Source of the DNA: Ilumatobacteraceae bacterium
GTDB lineage: Bacteria; Actinomycetota; Acidimicrobiia; Acidimicrobiales; Ilumatobacteraceae
NCBI GenBank assembly: GCA_965230015.1
Contig: CBDDKF010000015.1
Location: 47,393 to 111,392 of the forward strand
Length of the DNA stretch: 64,000 bases
Direction of reading: 5' to 3'
The first letter of the stretch is position 1. Each line of letters opens with the position of its first letter. Positions 44,654-53,694 of this stretch are shown here, piece by piece. The position numbers were made by a program, and so were the translations under genes. The notes under the pieces were generated by a model. That model was not told where the DNA came from. It did no database searches and saw only the letters and a list, made by a program, of their open reading frames with translations.

Positions 44654-45243
44654 GCGTCGCCTTCTGCCGACGAGCGCCGCTTGATGGCGCTCACCGGGAT
44701 GATCGTCTCGGTTGGCGCATCGACCGCCGGCGCCTCCTGCACCTCACGCAGTTCGGGCAGATTCTCGAGCAGTGCCGTGGCCACCGAGTCGCGCAGCGTC
44801 TCGGTCGACGAACCGCAGCCCACGCAGGCGCCGAGCAGACGCACGTAGGCCACGCCCTCGTCGATCTTCACCAGCTCGACGTCGCCGTTGTGGCTGGTGA
44901 GGTACGGCCGAACTCCGTCGAGCACTTGGATCGCCCGCATCGCCAGCGATGGCTTCACGATCTCGGCTTTGACGAACGCGGCGTACACCTCGGGGTCGTC
45001 GACCAACTCGTACAGCAGCTCGCGACCGCGCGGGTCGGCGCGCAGGCTGCCGACGATCGTACGGAGCACCGACTCGTGCAGGTCCTCGATTGCGTCGGCC
45101 AGCTCACGCGCGGTGTCGCGATCGGCCGACTCGGTGAGCCGTTCGATCGCATGTGTCGCGGCGTCGATGCGCTTGGCGCGCACCTCGAACGGGTGTGGGG
45201 CAGCCTCGGCGGTGAGCGGTGTGGCTGGCTCAGCGATGGTCAT
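44650..45243 (-). CDS. NifU C-terminal (Nfu-type) domain iron-sulfur protein, HucE/HhyE-like hydrogenase accessory
   Basis: VRPYLTSHNGDVELVKIDEGVAYVRLLGACVGCGSSTETL is the Nfu CxxC module. Its position in the hydrogenase operon matches mycobacterial accessory Fe-S proteins (from memory). Confidence 0.7.
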   Translation of the reverse strand: MTIAEPATPLTAEAAPHPFEVRAKRIDAATHAIERLTESADRDTARELADAIEDLHESVLRTIVGSLRADPRGRELLYELVDDPEVYAAFVKAEIVKPSLAMRAIQVLDGVRPYLTSHNGDVELVKIDEGVAYVRLLGACVGCGSSTETLRDSVATALLENLPELREVQEAPAVDAPTETIIPVSAIKRRSSAEGDA

Positions 45244-46505
45244 GGTGTCGCTCCCTCCGGCGTCGTCGTTCCCCGGGCGGCCTCGATCTCGCCGAGCTGG
45301 GCATCGATCACCTCGATGATCTCCGGCTCTCCGGCGATGTCGAACAACGCCTTCGCCTCGTTGTACGCCTCGACCGCGCGCTCGAAGCGCCCGAGGTGAG
45401 CGAGGGCGTTCGCCTGATTAGCGAGTACCCGTCCGTAGCCGGCCGGGTCGCTGGCCTTCGACCGGTGGCGCAGTACGTCGGCGTACATCTCGACGGCTTC
45501 GGCGAGGTTGTCTTCGCGGTGCGTCGAGGGGAGGTACTGCAGGGCGTTGGCCAGGTTCATCTTGGACGACGACCACTCCCAGGGATGCGTCGCCGGATCG
45601 AACACGCGCAGTGCGGCGCGCAGCGACTGCACCGCCACACCGAGCCGTACCTGGTCGGAGGCGTCGGCCATCGGCATGGCCAGGTAGGCGATACCGATGT
45701 GCATGTTGGCGACCGCGAAGCGCTCGGGATCGGCCTCTTCGGTGATGTGAATCAGCGCCGATTGGTAGGAGCGCACCGCTGGCATCAGGCGATGCGGTTG
45801 TACATCGGCCATCTGATGGAGAGCGATGCCTCGCTCCAGCTGGAGGCCCGCCCGCAGATCGTCGAGGTTCGTGGCGGCGAGCACATCGATCGCCCGGTCG
45901 TACCACTCGAGCGATGCCTCAACCGCCTGCTGCGTGCGGAAGCGATGCTCGGCGACCATGCCGAGCAGCCGGCCATGCAGCGCCGGGCCGACCGATTCGG
46001 CAACCTCGGCGGCCTCGATGAGGATGCGCAACGCGCCGGGCGCGTCCGAGAACTCCATCGCTCGGGCCGCCCGTACGGTGTGGGCGAGCACGGCGAACTC
46101 GGCGTCGAGTCCCTCGGCGCTCGGCGGGTCGTCGCTCAAGTTGCTCACGTAAGCCGCTGCCGCGACGACCGCAGTGCGCAGTCGGTCGCCGGCGGCAGCG
46201 GCCAACGCTGCCTCCAGGTGCTCGGGTGTGGGAAGGAGCACCAGGCGGTTGATGACGTCGTCGACGCTGTCGCCGAGCATGGCGAGGGCGGCATCGATGT
46301 CGTCTCGTTCAGTTGCAGCCAGCACGGAACCGGCGGCGCCCCACTCGTCGGGACGGCCGAGCTCGGCCATCGCCGTGAGCAGCTCCGCCGCCCCGTCGCC
46401 GGGGGGTACGAGCAGTAGTCCGGCGGTGCCGTCGAGCACGCCCAACGGTTGTGGACGAACGAGCGGTTGAGTCATCGGTTCCTCGGTTCGGTCGGTGTCG
46501 GTCAT
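45240..46505 (-). CDS. TPR-like repeat protein, hydrogenase-cluster accessory
   Basis: The C-terminal half has helical-repeat character (…ANQANALAHLGRFERAVEAYNEAKALFDIAG…). ATG 46505 (MTDTDRTEE) follows the small ORF stop at 46507. Confidence 0.6.
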   Translation of the reverse strand: MTDTDRTEEPMTQPLVRPQPLGVLDGTAGLLLVPPGDGAAELLTAMAELGRPDEWGAAGSVLAATERDDIDAALAMLGDSVDDVINRLVLLPTPEHLEAALAAAAGDRLRTAVVAAAAYVSNLSDDPPSAEGLDAEFAVLAHTVRAARAMEFSDAPGALRILIEAAEVAESVGPALHGRLLGMVAEHRFRTQQAVEASLEWYDRAIDVLAATNLDDLRAGLQLERGIALHQMADVQPHRLMPAVRSYQSALIHITEEADPERFAVANMHIGIAYLAMPMADASDQVRLGVAVQSLRAALRVFDPATHPWEWSSSKMNLANALQYLPSTHREDNLAEAVEMYADVLRHRSKASDPAGYGRVLANQANALAHLGRFERAVEAYNEAKALFDIAGEPEIIEVIDAQLGEIEAARGTTTPEGATP

Positions 46506-46506
46506 G

Positions 46507-46704
46507 TCACATTCCCCATCCCGGTCCGGCATCGCGTTCGGCGGTGGCCTGAATGAACTTGGCGGCGACTTCGGCTTTGGCGCGCGAGTGGTACTCGCCA
46601 ACGCGGTGGCGCACGGCGCCGTCGGGAAACACCACGTCGAGGATCACGACGAACCTCCCCGACTCTTCGACCACTTCGGTCGATGCAAACGGTTCATCGC
46701 TCAC
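46507..46704 (-). CDS. Small conserved-looking hypothetical protein (65 aa) inside the hydrogenase operon
   Basis: ATGA overlap with the protease gene, with the stop 1 nt from the next start. The sequence MSDEPFASTEVVEESGRFVVILDVVFPDGAVRHRVGEYHSRAKAEVAAKFI is not low-complexity. Confidence 0.5.
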   Translation of the reverse strand: MSDEPFASTEVVEESGRFVVILDVVFPDGAVRHRVGEYHSRAKAEVAAKFIQATAERDAGPGWGM

Positions 46705-47198
46705 CCGACCGTCTCAGCCGCGGGCTCGATGTCGGCGTCGCCGAGCTCGGCCAGTTCGACGACGAGACGGTCGACGAGGCGATCGGCGGCCGCATCGACC
46801 GGCTCGCTCAGCGGATCGCCGAAGCCGAACGACTCGGCCTCGATGAGATACACGATGATCTCGTCGGGGTAGTCGTCTTTCAGCAGCCAGCGGGCGAACG
46901 CCAGCGCATGGTCCCAGCGGAAGCTGTGCAGGTTGATGGTCGAGAGGTCGGGAAGCTCTTCGACGTCGGCCCCGAGCATCCGATACAGCGCGCCGGGAGT
47001 GCCGCCGGTGTCGGCGGCGTCGAGCAGGATCACCCGGTCGGCGCCGCGCATGCGGAAGGCGACGTCCATGCCGCTCGTACCGCCGTCGGCGACTTCGGTG
47101 CCGTCCGGCAATCCCGCGTCGAGCAAGCGGCGCACCAGCACCGGCCCGACAGCATCATCTCCACGAAGCAGGTTCCCACACCCGATGACGAGGTTCAC
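46701..47198 (-). CDS. Hydrogenase maturation endopeptidase (HybD/HupD/HoxM family)
   Basis: VIGCGNLLRGDDAVGP…DGGT…H signature of the Ni-dependent C-terminal protease. Confidence 0.85.
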   Translation of the reverse strand: MNLVIGCGNLLRGDDAVGPVLVRRLLDAGLPDGTEVADGGTSGMDVAFRMRGADRVILLDAADTGGTPGALYRMLGADVEELPDLSTINLHSFRWDHALAFARWLLKDDYPDEIIVYLIEAESFGFGDPLSEPVDAAADRLVDRLVVELAELGDADIEPAAETVG

Positions 47199-47256
47199 TC
47201 GTCTCCCCTTTCAGTTCACGCCGACCCGGCGGCCGACGTATCTCACTGCGCCTGAA

Positions 47257-48861
47257 TCACATCCCATCGACGACGAAGCGCGACATCTCCTTGCCGGTCT
47301 TGCCGTCGTAGGCGTGCACCGTGCACACGATGCAGCTGTCGAAGCTGCGGGCCACGTGGCCGAGTTCGATCGGATCGTGCACGTCTTCGACGGGCGCACC
47401 GATGAACGACTCTTCCATCGGACCGTTCTGCTCCTGGCCGTCCTTGGGCCCGATGTTCCAGGCCGTCGGCGTGATCACCTGGTAGTTGGCGATCTTGTTG
47501 TCTTCGAGCACGATCCAGTCGGCGAGGGCACCGCGGGCCGCCTCGGTGGCACCGAAGCCCTTGCCCGATTCGCGTTCGACCGGCTTGATGTAGAAACGGT
47601 CGTGCAGGTCGACCTGGTCGATCCAGCTGCGCACCAGCTGGTAGTACTTCGCCGCCTCGTGCAGGCGGGCGAAGGTGCGCAGCATGATGCTCGGGCCGAT
47701 CTTGTCGTACATGTCGCGTACGAGCGGGTCGTAGGTCTGCCACGGCTGACGGTCGGGGTTGCCGGCCACCATCTGGCGGGCGAGCGGCCCGACCTCGAGT
47801 GGCACGTGGCCCTTGCCCTCGACGTCGTAGCGAGGGGCCTTGGCCCAGGTGTACTTGCCCTGGTCCTTGCCCACTGCCGGGTCGATCGGCGCGGTCACAC
47901 CGTCCCACGGATGGAGCGATCCGGTGCCTTCGAAGAACGAGTGGCTGACGTCTTCGCTGACCCGGAGGTGATCGAACTCGCTGTACTCGCCGTCGGAGTA
48001 GATCCCCGAGCGGGTGATCAGCGCGTTGTTGCGACCCTCGATGGTCGGCGTGGCGTACTGGCTCGGCTCGAAGAACGTGCCCATCGACAGGTAGTTGCCG
48101 TAGCCGGCGCCGTACTTGTCGAGTCCGATCTCCTGGCAGTAGCGGATGAAGAAGGCGAGGTCGCTGTTGTGCTGCGACTCGTTCTCGTCGCAGTACTCCA
48201 TCAGTTGCTCGTAGGTCTGGATCTCCATGTACCGCTCGAGCGAGCACCCGAACAGCTGGTTCTCCAGGAACTCCTGGCGGAAGTAGTCGAGGATGGCGAT
48301 CGACCGGGTGATGTCGGTGAGCGTGGGCGCACCCATCACGCCACCGGGGATCATGAACGAGCTGTGTGGCCACTGGCCGCCGAAGATGGCGTACACCTCG
48401 ACGGGCTTGGCGCCGAGCACCACGCCCGGCTCGTAGCTCTCGCCCACAAACGGGGCGAAGCGGCGCATCGCCTCGCCGTAGCTCGGCGTCTTGGCGTACT
48501 TCTTGTTCACCAGGTCGATGGCGAAGATGGCGTAGAACCAGCGGGGGATCGACTGCAGCGTCTCGCAGCCCTGACCGATGTTGCGCAGCAACACCGCGTT
48601 CGGTGGCAACACGGTCTTCCACGCGGTGTCGATGGCGTAGCAGGCCTTGGTGAGATGGCTGCCGCCACAGATGCCGCAGATGCGCGGCGTCATGATCAAG
48701 CCGGCCTGCGGGTCCTTGCCGCGCAGGATCATCTCGAACCCGCGGAACATCAGCGCTTCGGTGTACGCCTGGGTGACCACACCGTCTTCGATGGTGCAAT
48801 GCAGGTCGAGGTCGCCCTCCACTCGTCCGAGTGGGCTGACTTCCAGGTCGATGGCGGTCAT
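47257..48861 (-). CDS. hupL: [NiFe]-hydrogenase large subunit, cytosolic uptake type (most like group 2a HupL/HucL)
   Basis: L1 motif TPRICGICGGSH. C-terminal L2 is SFDSCIVCTVH, followed by an 18-aa extension for protease cleavage. At 534 aa it fits group 2a rather than the ~600-aa group 1h. The subgroup call is inference. Confidence 0.9.
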   Translation of the reverse strand: MTAIDLEVSPLGRVEGDLDLHCTIEDGVVTQAYTEALMFRGFEMILRGKDPQAGLIMTPRICGICGGSHLTKACYAIDTAWKTVLPPNAVLLRNIGQGCETLQSIPRWFYAIFAIDLVNKKYAKTPSYGEAMRRFAPFVGESYEPGVVLGAKPVEVYAIFGGQWPHSSFMIPGGVMGAPTLTDITRSIAILDYFRQEFLENQLFGCSLERYMEIQTYEQLMEYCDENESQHNSDLAFFIRYCQEIGLDKYGAGYGNYLSMGTFFEPSQYATPTIEGRNNALITRSGIYSDGEYSEFDHLRVSEDVSHSFFEGTGSLHPWDGVTAPIDPAVGKDQGKYTWAKAPRYDVEGKGHVPLEVGPLARQMVAGNPDRQPWQTYDPLVRDMYDKIGPSIMLRTFARLHEAAKYYQLVRSWIDQVDLHDRFYIKPVERESGKGFGATEAARGALADWIVLEDNKIANYQVITPTAWNIGPKDGQEQNGPMEESFIGAPVEDVHDPIELGHVARSFDSCIVCTVHAYDGKTGKEMSRFVVDGM

Positions 48862-48894
48862 GTTGGTCGTGCTCCGTTCAATCGTGTGCGTCGC

Positions 48895-49866
48895 TCAGAC
48901 GACGAACATGTCCTCTTTGGCCCACTCGGGGGCGCTGATGCGGGAAGCCGCGGCGGCGGCCAGGTAGGTCAGGTGGTCGGCGTCGGTCGGCAAGTCGCGG
49001 GGGATCACGCCGGAGACCTTCACTGTCTTGAACACGGTGCCGGGCATGAGATCGTCGATCGGGAAGTCGGGCTCGGTACAGCCGAGGCACGGGTGACCGG
49101 CACGGGTCTTCGACGACTGCCGGTTCCACAGGATGCGGTTGCACGAGCTGCGGGTCATCGGCCCCCGGCAGCCGAGTTCGTAGAACAAGCACCCCGTGCG
49201 TGTGCCCTGACCGAACTCGGGCGACGACTGCTTGTATTCGAAGAAACCGTTACGCGTGCAGCCGTTGTGGGTGAAGGTCGTGAACAGCGTGGCGGGACGG
49301 TTGTACTCGTCGAGGGCGAGATCGCCGGCACGTCCGGTGGCCACCGCCATCACGACCTGGCTGATCCAGTCGGGGTGCGACGGACAACCAGGGATGTTGA
49401 TCACCGGGAGACCGGCCTTCGATACCCAGTCGGCGCCGAGGTAGCCACCCTTCTCCTTGCGGTGGAACTGCAAGCCCGTCGAGTCGGAGGGGTTGGGCGG
49501 AACGGTCGGCAGCCCGCCGAAGGTGGCGCAATCTCCCACACCCACCACGATCGACGCGACTGCCGACAGATCCGTGATCCACTCGGTCATCGGGCGGTTG
49601 GCGAACATGTCCATCCGGCCGCTGCCGTTGGGCCCCTGAATCACGGTGCCCTCAACGACGAAGATGTCGAGTTCGCGCTTCTCTGTGACCAGGTCGTTGA
49701 GCAGCTCCTGCACCGCTTCGCCGAGCTCGGCACCAAGCGAGGGGTGCCACAGCAGCTCGACGCCGAAGTCGGTGAGCAGGTCGACGACCGTTGGCTCCTC
49801 GGCCTGCAGGAGCGAGATCGTGTTGCCGCTGCAGGCGCCTGCTTGCAGCCAGAGCATCGTTGCCAT
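48895..49866 (-). CDS. hupS: [NiFe]-hydrogenase small subunit without a Tat signal (group 2a HupS/HucS-like)
   Basis: Starts MATMLWLQAGACSGNTISLL with no RRxF Tat motif. Fe-S ligand segments are GDCATFGG, IPGCPSHP, GCTRNG, GCLFYELGCRGP…CN and HPCLGCTEP. ATG 49866 is preceded by GAAAGGA. Confidence 0.9.
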   Translation of the reverse strand: MATMLWLQAGACSGNTISLLQAEEPTVVDLLTDFGVELLWHPSLGAELGEAVQELLNDLVTEKRELDIFVVEGTVIQGPNGSGRMDMFANRPMTEWITDLSAVASIVVGVGDCATFGGLPTVPPNPSDSTGLQFHRKEKGGYLGADWVSKAGLPVINIPGCPSHPDWISQVVMAVATGRAGDLALDEYNRPATLFTTFTHNGCTRNGFFEYKQSSPEFGQGTRTGCLFYELGCRGPMTRSSCNRILWNRQSSKTRAGHPCLGCTEPDFPIDDLMPGTVFKTVKVSGVIPRDLPTDADHLTYLAAAAASRISAPEWAKEDMFVV

Positions 49867-49888
49867 GCGTGGTCCTTTCGGTGGGAGT

Positions 49889-50500
49889 TCAGCCGCCGGT
49901 GGGCGAAGTGGACGGCTGGGTAGTGGACGACTGAGTGGTGAGGGTGGTCGGGTCTTCGTCGTCGGCGAGGACTCGGCCGAACTCGCGCGCCACCTCGACG
50001 ATGAAGCCGAGGCCACGCTGTACGTCGGGGTCGCGGGTCGAACGCAAGGCGCCGGTGAGGCCGACGCGGGTGTCGTTGGCTTGCGCCGCCTTGAGGCCAC
50101 GGACCAGGGCGACCGCCGTTTCGCTGAGTACGTCGATCGGTTCGGGCTCGACGATCGGCGAGTCGAGGATGCGGTTGATCGCCGGCGACGCGTCGGCCAG
50201 TGTCGGGATCAGCGTCGACAGCTGCTGGGTCGTCTCGGCGGGATTGAGCCCCGACGCGTCGACCGCTGCTTTGGCTTCGGTGTACACCTCGGCGAGGGTG
50301 TCGCCGATCACCTCACCTTTGCGGGCCAGGCCATCCAACCCGCCGATCAGCACGGCGAGCAGCTCGATGTTGTCGAGCAGTGAGTTCAACGCGGCGGCGG
50401 TGTTCGGATCCTCGAGGCGATCGAGGAGGCGCTCGGCTTCGGGCCGGGCATGGTGACCGAAGCCGTTCAACGCTTCGATCGGTTCGGCGTCGACCGACAT
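49889..50500 (-). CDS. DUF1641-like protein, first gene of the hydrogenase operon (same position as mycobacterial hucM)
   Basis: LRSTRDPDVQRGLGFIVEVAREFG matches the DUF1641 C-terminal signature as I remember it. Ser/Thr/Pro-rich tail. ATG 50500. Confidence 0.55.
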   Translation of the reverse strand: MSVDAEPIEALNGFGHHARPEAERLLDRLEDPNTAAALNSLLDNIELLAVLIGGLDGLARKGEVIGDTLAEVYTEAKAAVDASGLNPAETTQQLSTLIPTLADASPAINRILDSPIVEPEPIDVLSETAVALVRGLKAAQANDTRVGLTGALRSTRDPDVQRGLGFIVEVAREFGRVLADDEDPTTLTTQSSTTQPSTSPTGG

Positions 50501-50529
50501 CGATGGATCCCCTCTCCGGATTCGTTCTC

Positions 50530-50549
50530 GTGCCAGATCTGCCTGGCAC
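50530..50549. promoter_or_regulatory. Inverted repeat GTGCCAG-atctgc-CTGGCAC just upstream of the hydrogenase operon
   Basis: 7-bp arms read directly, 30 bp upstream of ATG 50500. A second IR, CAGGTC-n10-GACCTG, is at 50631-50652 near the LysR gene. Confidence 0.35.
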
Positions 50550-50698
50550 ACACCCCGTGCGCATTGCGCTGTCGATCGAGTATCCGAGAGGCCGCCGAAG
50601 GGGTCAAATGAGTCCTTCGTCGCTATTCATCAGGTCGAACTAATATGACCTGCGTCGGGCGCTCGCCGCGTCCGGAACGCATCATGGGGGATGCGTCC

Positions 50699-51595
50699 AT
50701 GATCACTTTGCACCAACTTCAGGTGTTCGCCGTCGTCGCCGACGAAACATCGGTGAGCCGCGCTGCCGACCGGCTGTGCGTAAGCCAGCCCGCGGTGTCG
50801 GCGACACTGGCCGCGTTGCGCAAGGAGATCGGCGTCGATCTGGTGGCCCGAGACGGCCGAGGGATCGCCCTCACCGACGCGGGCCGCACGATGTTCAAGT
50901 ACGCCCAAACGGTGCTCGGCCTGCTCGACGAAGCCGTCGAAGAGGTGCGCAGCGCGACCACCGACGAAGAGCGCCCCGTGCGGATCGCCACGTCGAGTTC
51001 GCTGGTGTCGAGCGTGGTCGCCCCGATTCTGGGGACGATGCGCGAACGCCGTGCCGGCGAGGGCGGCGACCTCCCGTTCTCGCTGGCGGTCGGCAACCGC
51101 AACGCGGTGTGGCGGATGCTCGCCGGGCGGGAGACCGACCTGGCGCTCACCACCAAACCGCCGACGAATCAGGACTTCGAGACATTGGCCACGATGCCGA
51201 ACTCGTTCGTGGTCGTGAGCCGACCCGGCTCGGTGTTCGCCGGTCGGCTCGAGCACGCCACGTGGCTGGTACGCGAAGACGGCGCCGCCTTGCGTTCGGT
51301 CGCCGACGAGATCATCGCCAGCCTCGGCATCGAGCCGGCGCGTATCGAGATCGGCTCAGACGACGCGCTGCTCGGGTCGGTCGAGGCCGGGCTCGGCGTC
51401 GGCGTGCTCCCTCACTCCACGGTCGAGTCGGCGCTGCGCTCGCGTGCGCTGGTCACCGTGCCCACGCCGATGACACCCCTCGACCGGCCGTGGCACCTGA
51501 TCACGCGCCGTGACGACGTCAACGACAGGCGCATCAGCTCGTTCGCCGCCGACATGGTCGCCGCCGACGATCGGCTCACGTGGACGGGGAGCTGA
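50699..51595 (+). CDS. LysR family transcriptional regulator, divergent from the hydrogenase operon
   Basis: MITLHQLQVFAVVADETSVSRAADRLCVSQPAVSATLAALRKEIGVDL is the LysR HTH. Alternative upstream starts are 50645 and 50684. Confidence 0.8.
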   Translation: MITLHQLQVFAVVADETSVSRAADRLCVSQPAVSATLAALRKEIGVDLVARDGRGIALTDAGRTMFKYAQTVLGLLDEAVEEVRSATTDEERPVRIATSSSLVSSVVAPILGTMRERRAGEGGDLPFSLAVGNRNAVWRMLAGRETDLALTTKPPTNQDFETLATMPNSFVVVSRPGSVFAGRLEHATWLVREDGAALRSVADEIIASLGIEPARIEIGSDDALLGSVEAGLGVGVLPHSTVESALRSRALVTVPTPMTPLDRPWHLITRRDDVNDRRISSFAADMVAADDRLTWTGS

Positions 51596-52502
51596 CGGGC
51601 ACCGCCGGGAGGAATTCCGCCGCGCGGTCGGCGAGGAACCGCCACAGTGCGTTGGCGGTGGGCAAGGGTTGGTGATCGCTCCGCCGGAGTAGCTGCCACG
51701 AGCGCATCGCGGGGAGCCCACTCACGTCGAGTACGGCCAGCCGCCGGTCATCGAGTTCGGCCGCGATCGTATGAGCCGAGATCACGGCGATGCCGAGCCC
51801 GGCGATCACCGCCTGCTTGATCGTTTCGTTGCTCGACATCTCCAACCCAACAGGTGGCTCGATGTCGTGTGGCCAGAACAGCTCGTCGTGCAGCATGCGC
51901 GTTCCCGAGCCGGGCTCGCGCACCATGAACCGCTGGTCGAGCAACTCGGTGATCGACAGGTCGCGGCGACCGACGAGCGGATGATCGGGGGCGGCGATGA
52001 TCACGTGCGGGTGCTCGGCGATGCGCTCGGTGACGAGGTCGAGGTCGGCCGGCGGCCGACCCATCATCGCCAAGTCGACATCGCCGCTGCGCAACAGCTC
52101 GATCGTTTCGGTGCGATTGCCGATCGCCAGCTGTACCTCCACATCGGGATGCTCGGCCCAGAACGCAGCGAGGATGATCGGCGCGACGTACTTGGCGGTA
52201 CTGACCGCCGCAAACACCACTCGCCCACCGGTGCCGCTACGGATCGCCTCGATCGCCCGCGAACAGCGCGACAGCTCGGCATCGATGCGCGCGCTGGCCT
52301 CGATCAACTCACGTCCCGCATCGGTGGCCCGCGCGCCGTCGGCGGTGCGCTCGATGAGTGGCAACCCACTCGCCCGCTCGAGGAGGCGCAGCTGCTGCGA
52401 CACCGCCGGTGGGGTCACGTGCAGGCGCTCGGCGGCACCCACGATGGTCCCGGCATCGACCGTCGCTGCGAGGGCGCGCAGCTGCTTCAGCGTGACGTCC
52501 AT
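51576..52502 (-). CDS. cbbR: LysR family regulator divergent from the cbb operon (CbbR-like)
   Basis: MDVTLKQLRALAATVDAGTIVGAAERLHVTPPAVSQQLRLLE. It has the classic divergent arrangement with cbbF. The symbol is assigned by synteny only. Confidence 0.7.
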   Translation of the reverse strand: MDVTLKQLRALAATVDAGTIVGAAERLHVTPPAVSQQLRLLERASGLPLIERTADGARATDAGRELIEASARIDAELSRCSRAIEAIRSGTGGRVVFAAVSTAKYVAPIILAAFWAEHPDVEVQLAIGNRTETIELLRSGDVDLAMMGRPPADLDLVTERIAEHPHVIIAAPDHPLVGRRDLSITELLDQRFMVREPGSGTRMLHDELFWPHDIEPPVGLEMSSNETIKQAVIAGLGIAVISAHTIAAELDDRRLAVLDVSGLPAMRSWQLLRRSDHQPLPTANALWRFLADRAAEFLPAVPVSSPST

Positions 52503-52521
52503 CGGTCCAGAGTAGGCAAAT

Positions 52522-52547
52522 GTTTCCTTTCGTCAAGCGAAAGAAAC
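52522..52547. promoter_or_regulatory. Imperfect inverted repeat GTTTCCTTTCG-tcaa-GCGAAAGAAAC in the cbbR-cbbF intergenic region (candidate CbbR site)
   Basis: Read directly. A third CTTTCG half-site follows at about 52558-52566. The region is AT-richer than its surroundings. Confidence 0.45.
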
Positions 52548-52590
52548 TTCAACTGGACTTTCGCTCGCTGAGTCCGCACGCTGGCCGGCC

Positions 52591-53694
52591 ATGAGCACGA
52601 CGTGCCGCACAACGGGTGACCCGGCCAGCACTACGACGATCCGCCGTGGCGACCCACTTGACGAGTTGCTCGCTGCGACCGACGCACCGACCGCCTCGGC
52701 CGTTCGGGCGTGCGCGGCCGCCGCCATCGAGATCGGCGAGCGCATCGCCGTGCATCCTTTCGACCACGACCCCGACGACCGCGACGGTCTACGTCTGGGC
52801 ACCAACGCCACCGGCGATCGGCAGCAACTGCTCGACATCGTCGGCGACGCCGTGATGGCCCGCCACCTCGGCCGGGCCGGCGTGGCCACCATCGCCTCGG
52901 AGGAGCGGCGCGACGCCGAATTCCTCGATCCCGTTGGCGACATCGCCGTCGCCTACGACCCGATCGATGGTTCGAAGAACGTCACCACCAACTCGGCAGT
53001 GGGGATGATCTTCTCCATTCGGCCCCATCCGGGCGGCGACGATCCGGCTGCCGCCTTCATGCTCGACGGAACGACGCAGACCGCCGCCGGTCTGGTCCTG
53101 TACGGGCCGGCGACCGTGATGGCGTTGACCGTCGGCGAGGGCACCCATCTGTTCGCCCTCGATCCGGCGACAGGCCGGTTCATCGCCGCCGACACACATC
53201 TCGCCATCCCCCACGGCACGACCGAGTACGCGATCAACGCGTCGAACCGGCGCCACTGGACACCCGAGGTCCGGCAGTACGTGAACGACCTCGTCGCCGG
53301 CGCGAGCGGACCGCGCGAGCGCAACTTCAACACCCGCTGGCTCGGTGCGCTGGTGGGCGAGGTGATCCGAATCCTCCGCCAGGGCGGCATCTATCTGTAT
53401 CCGGCCGACCGCCGCGCCACCCACCGCCAGGGCAGCTTGCGGCTGGTCTACGAGGCGCACCCCGTGGCGCTGCTCGTCGAGCAGGCCGGCGGTACCGCGA
53501 CCGATGGAGGCCGCCCCATCCTCGACTGTGCGCCCAGCACCCTGCACGCCCGCACGCCACTCGTGTTTGGATCTCCCGACAAGGTCGAGCGTTTCAGCCG
53601 CTACACGGGCGACTCGTTCGGCAACGCCGAAACCGCTCCGCTGTTCGGTGGGCGCGGCCTCTTCCGCGACGATCACACCGGAACTGCGCCATGA
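52591..53694 (+). CDS. cbbF: Class 1 fructose-1,6-bisphosphatase (Calvin-cycle FBPase/SBPase type)
   Basis: AYDPIDGSKN, AAGLVLYGP, GGIYLYPAD and RLVYEAHPVALLVEQAGG are FBPase class 1 signatures. ATGA overlap with prk. Confidence 0.85.
   Translation: MSTTCRTTGDPASTTTIRRGDPLDELLAATDAPTASAVRACAAAAIEIGERIAVHPFDHDPDDRDGLRLGTNATGDRQQLLDIVGDAVMARHLGRAGVATIASEERRDAEFLDPVGDIAVAYDPIDGSKNVTTNSAVGMIFSIRPHPGGDDPAAAFMLDGTTQTAAGLVLYGPATVMALTVGEGTHLFALDPATGRFIAADTHLAIPHGTTEYAINASNRRHWTPEVRQYVNDLVAGASGPRERNFNTRWLGALVGEVIRILRQGGIYLYPADRRATHRQGSLRLVYEAHPVALLVEQAGGTATDGGRPILDCAPSTLHARTPLVFGSPDKVERFSRYTGDSFGNAETAPLFGGRGLFRDDHTGTAP

Noticed and set aside
47257-48861. Possible [NiFeSe] hydrogenase, given the evidence for selenocysteine use elsewhere.
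   Set aside because: The C-terminal nickel-binding motif is encoded with two ordinary Cys codons (SFDSCIVCTVH). There is no in-frame TGA in the large subunit.
50645-50698. The upstream ATG 50645 as the start of the LysR gene.
   Set aside because: The canonical LysR N-terminus (MITLHQLQVF…) begins at 50699. The extension would also cover the inverted repeat CAGGTC-n10-GACCTG (50631-50652), which looks like promoter/operator DNA.
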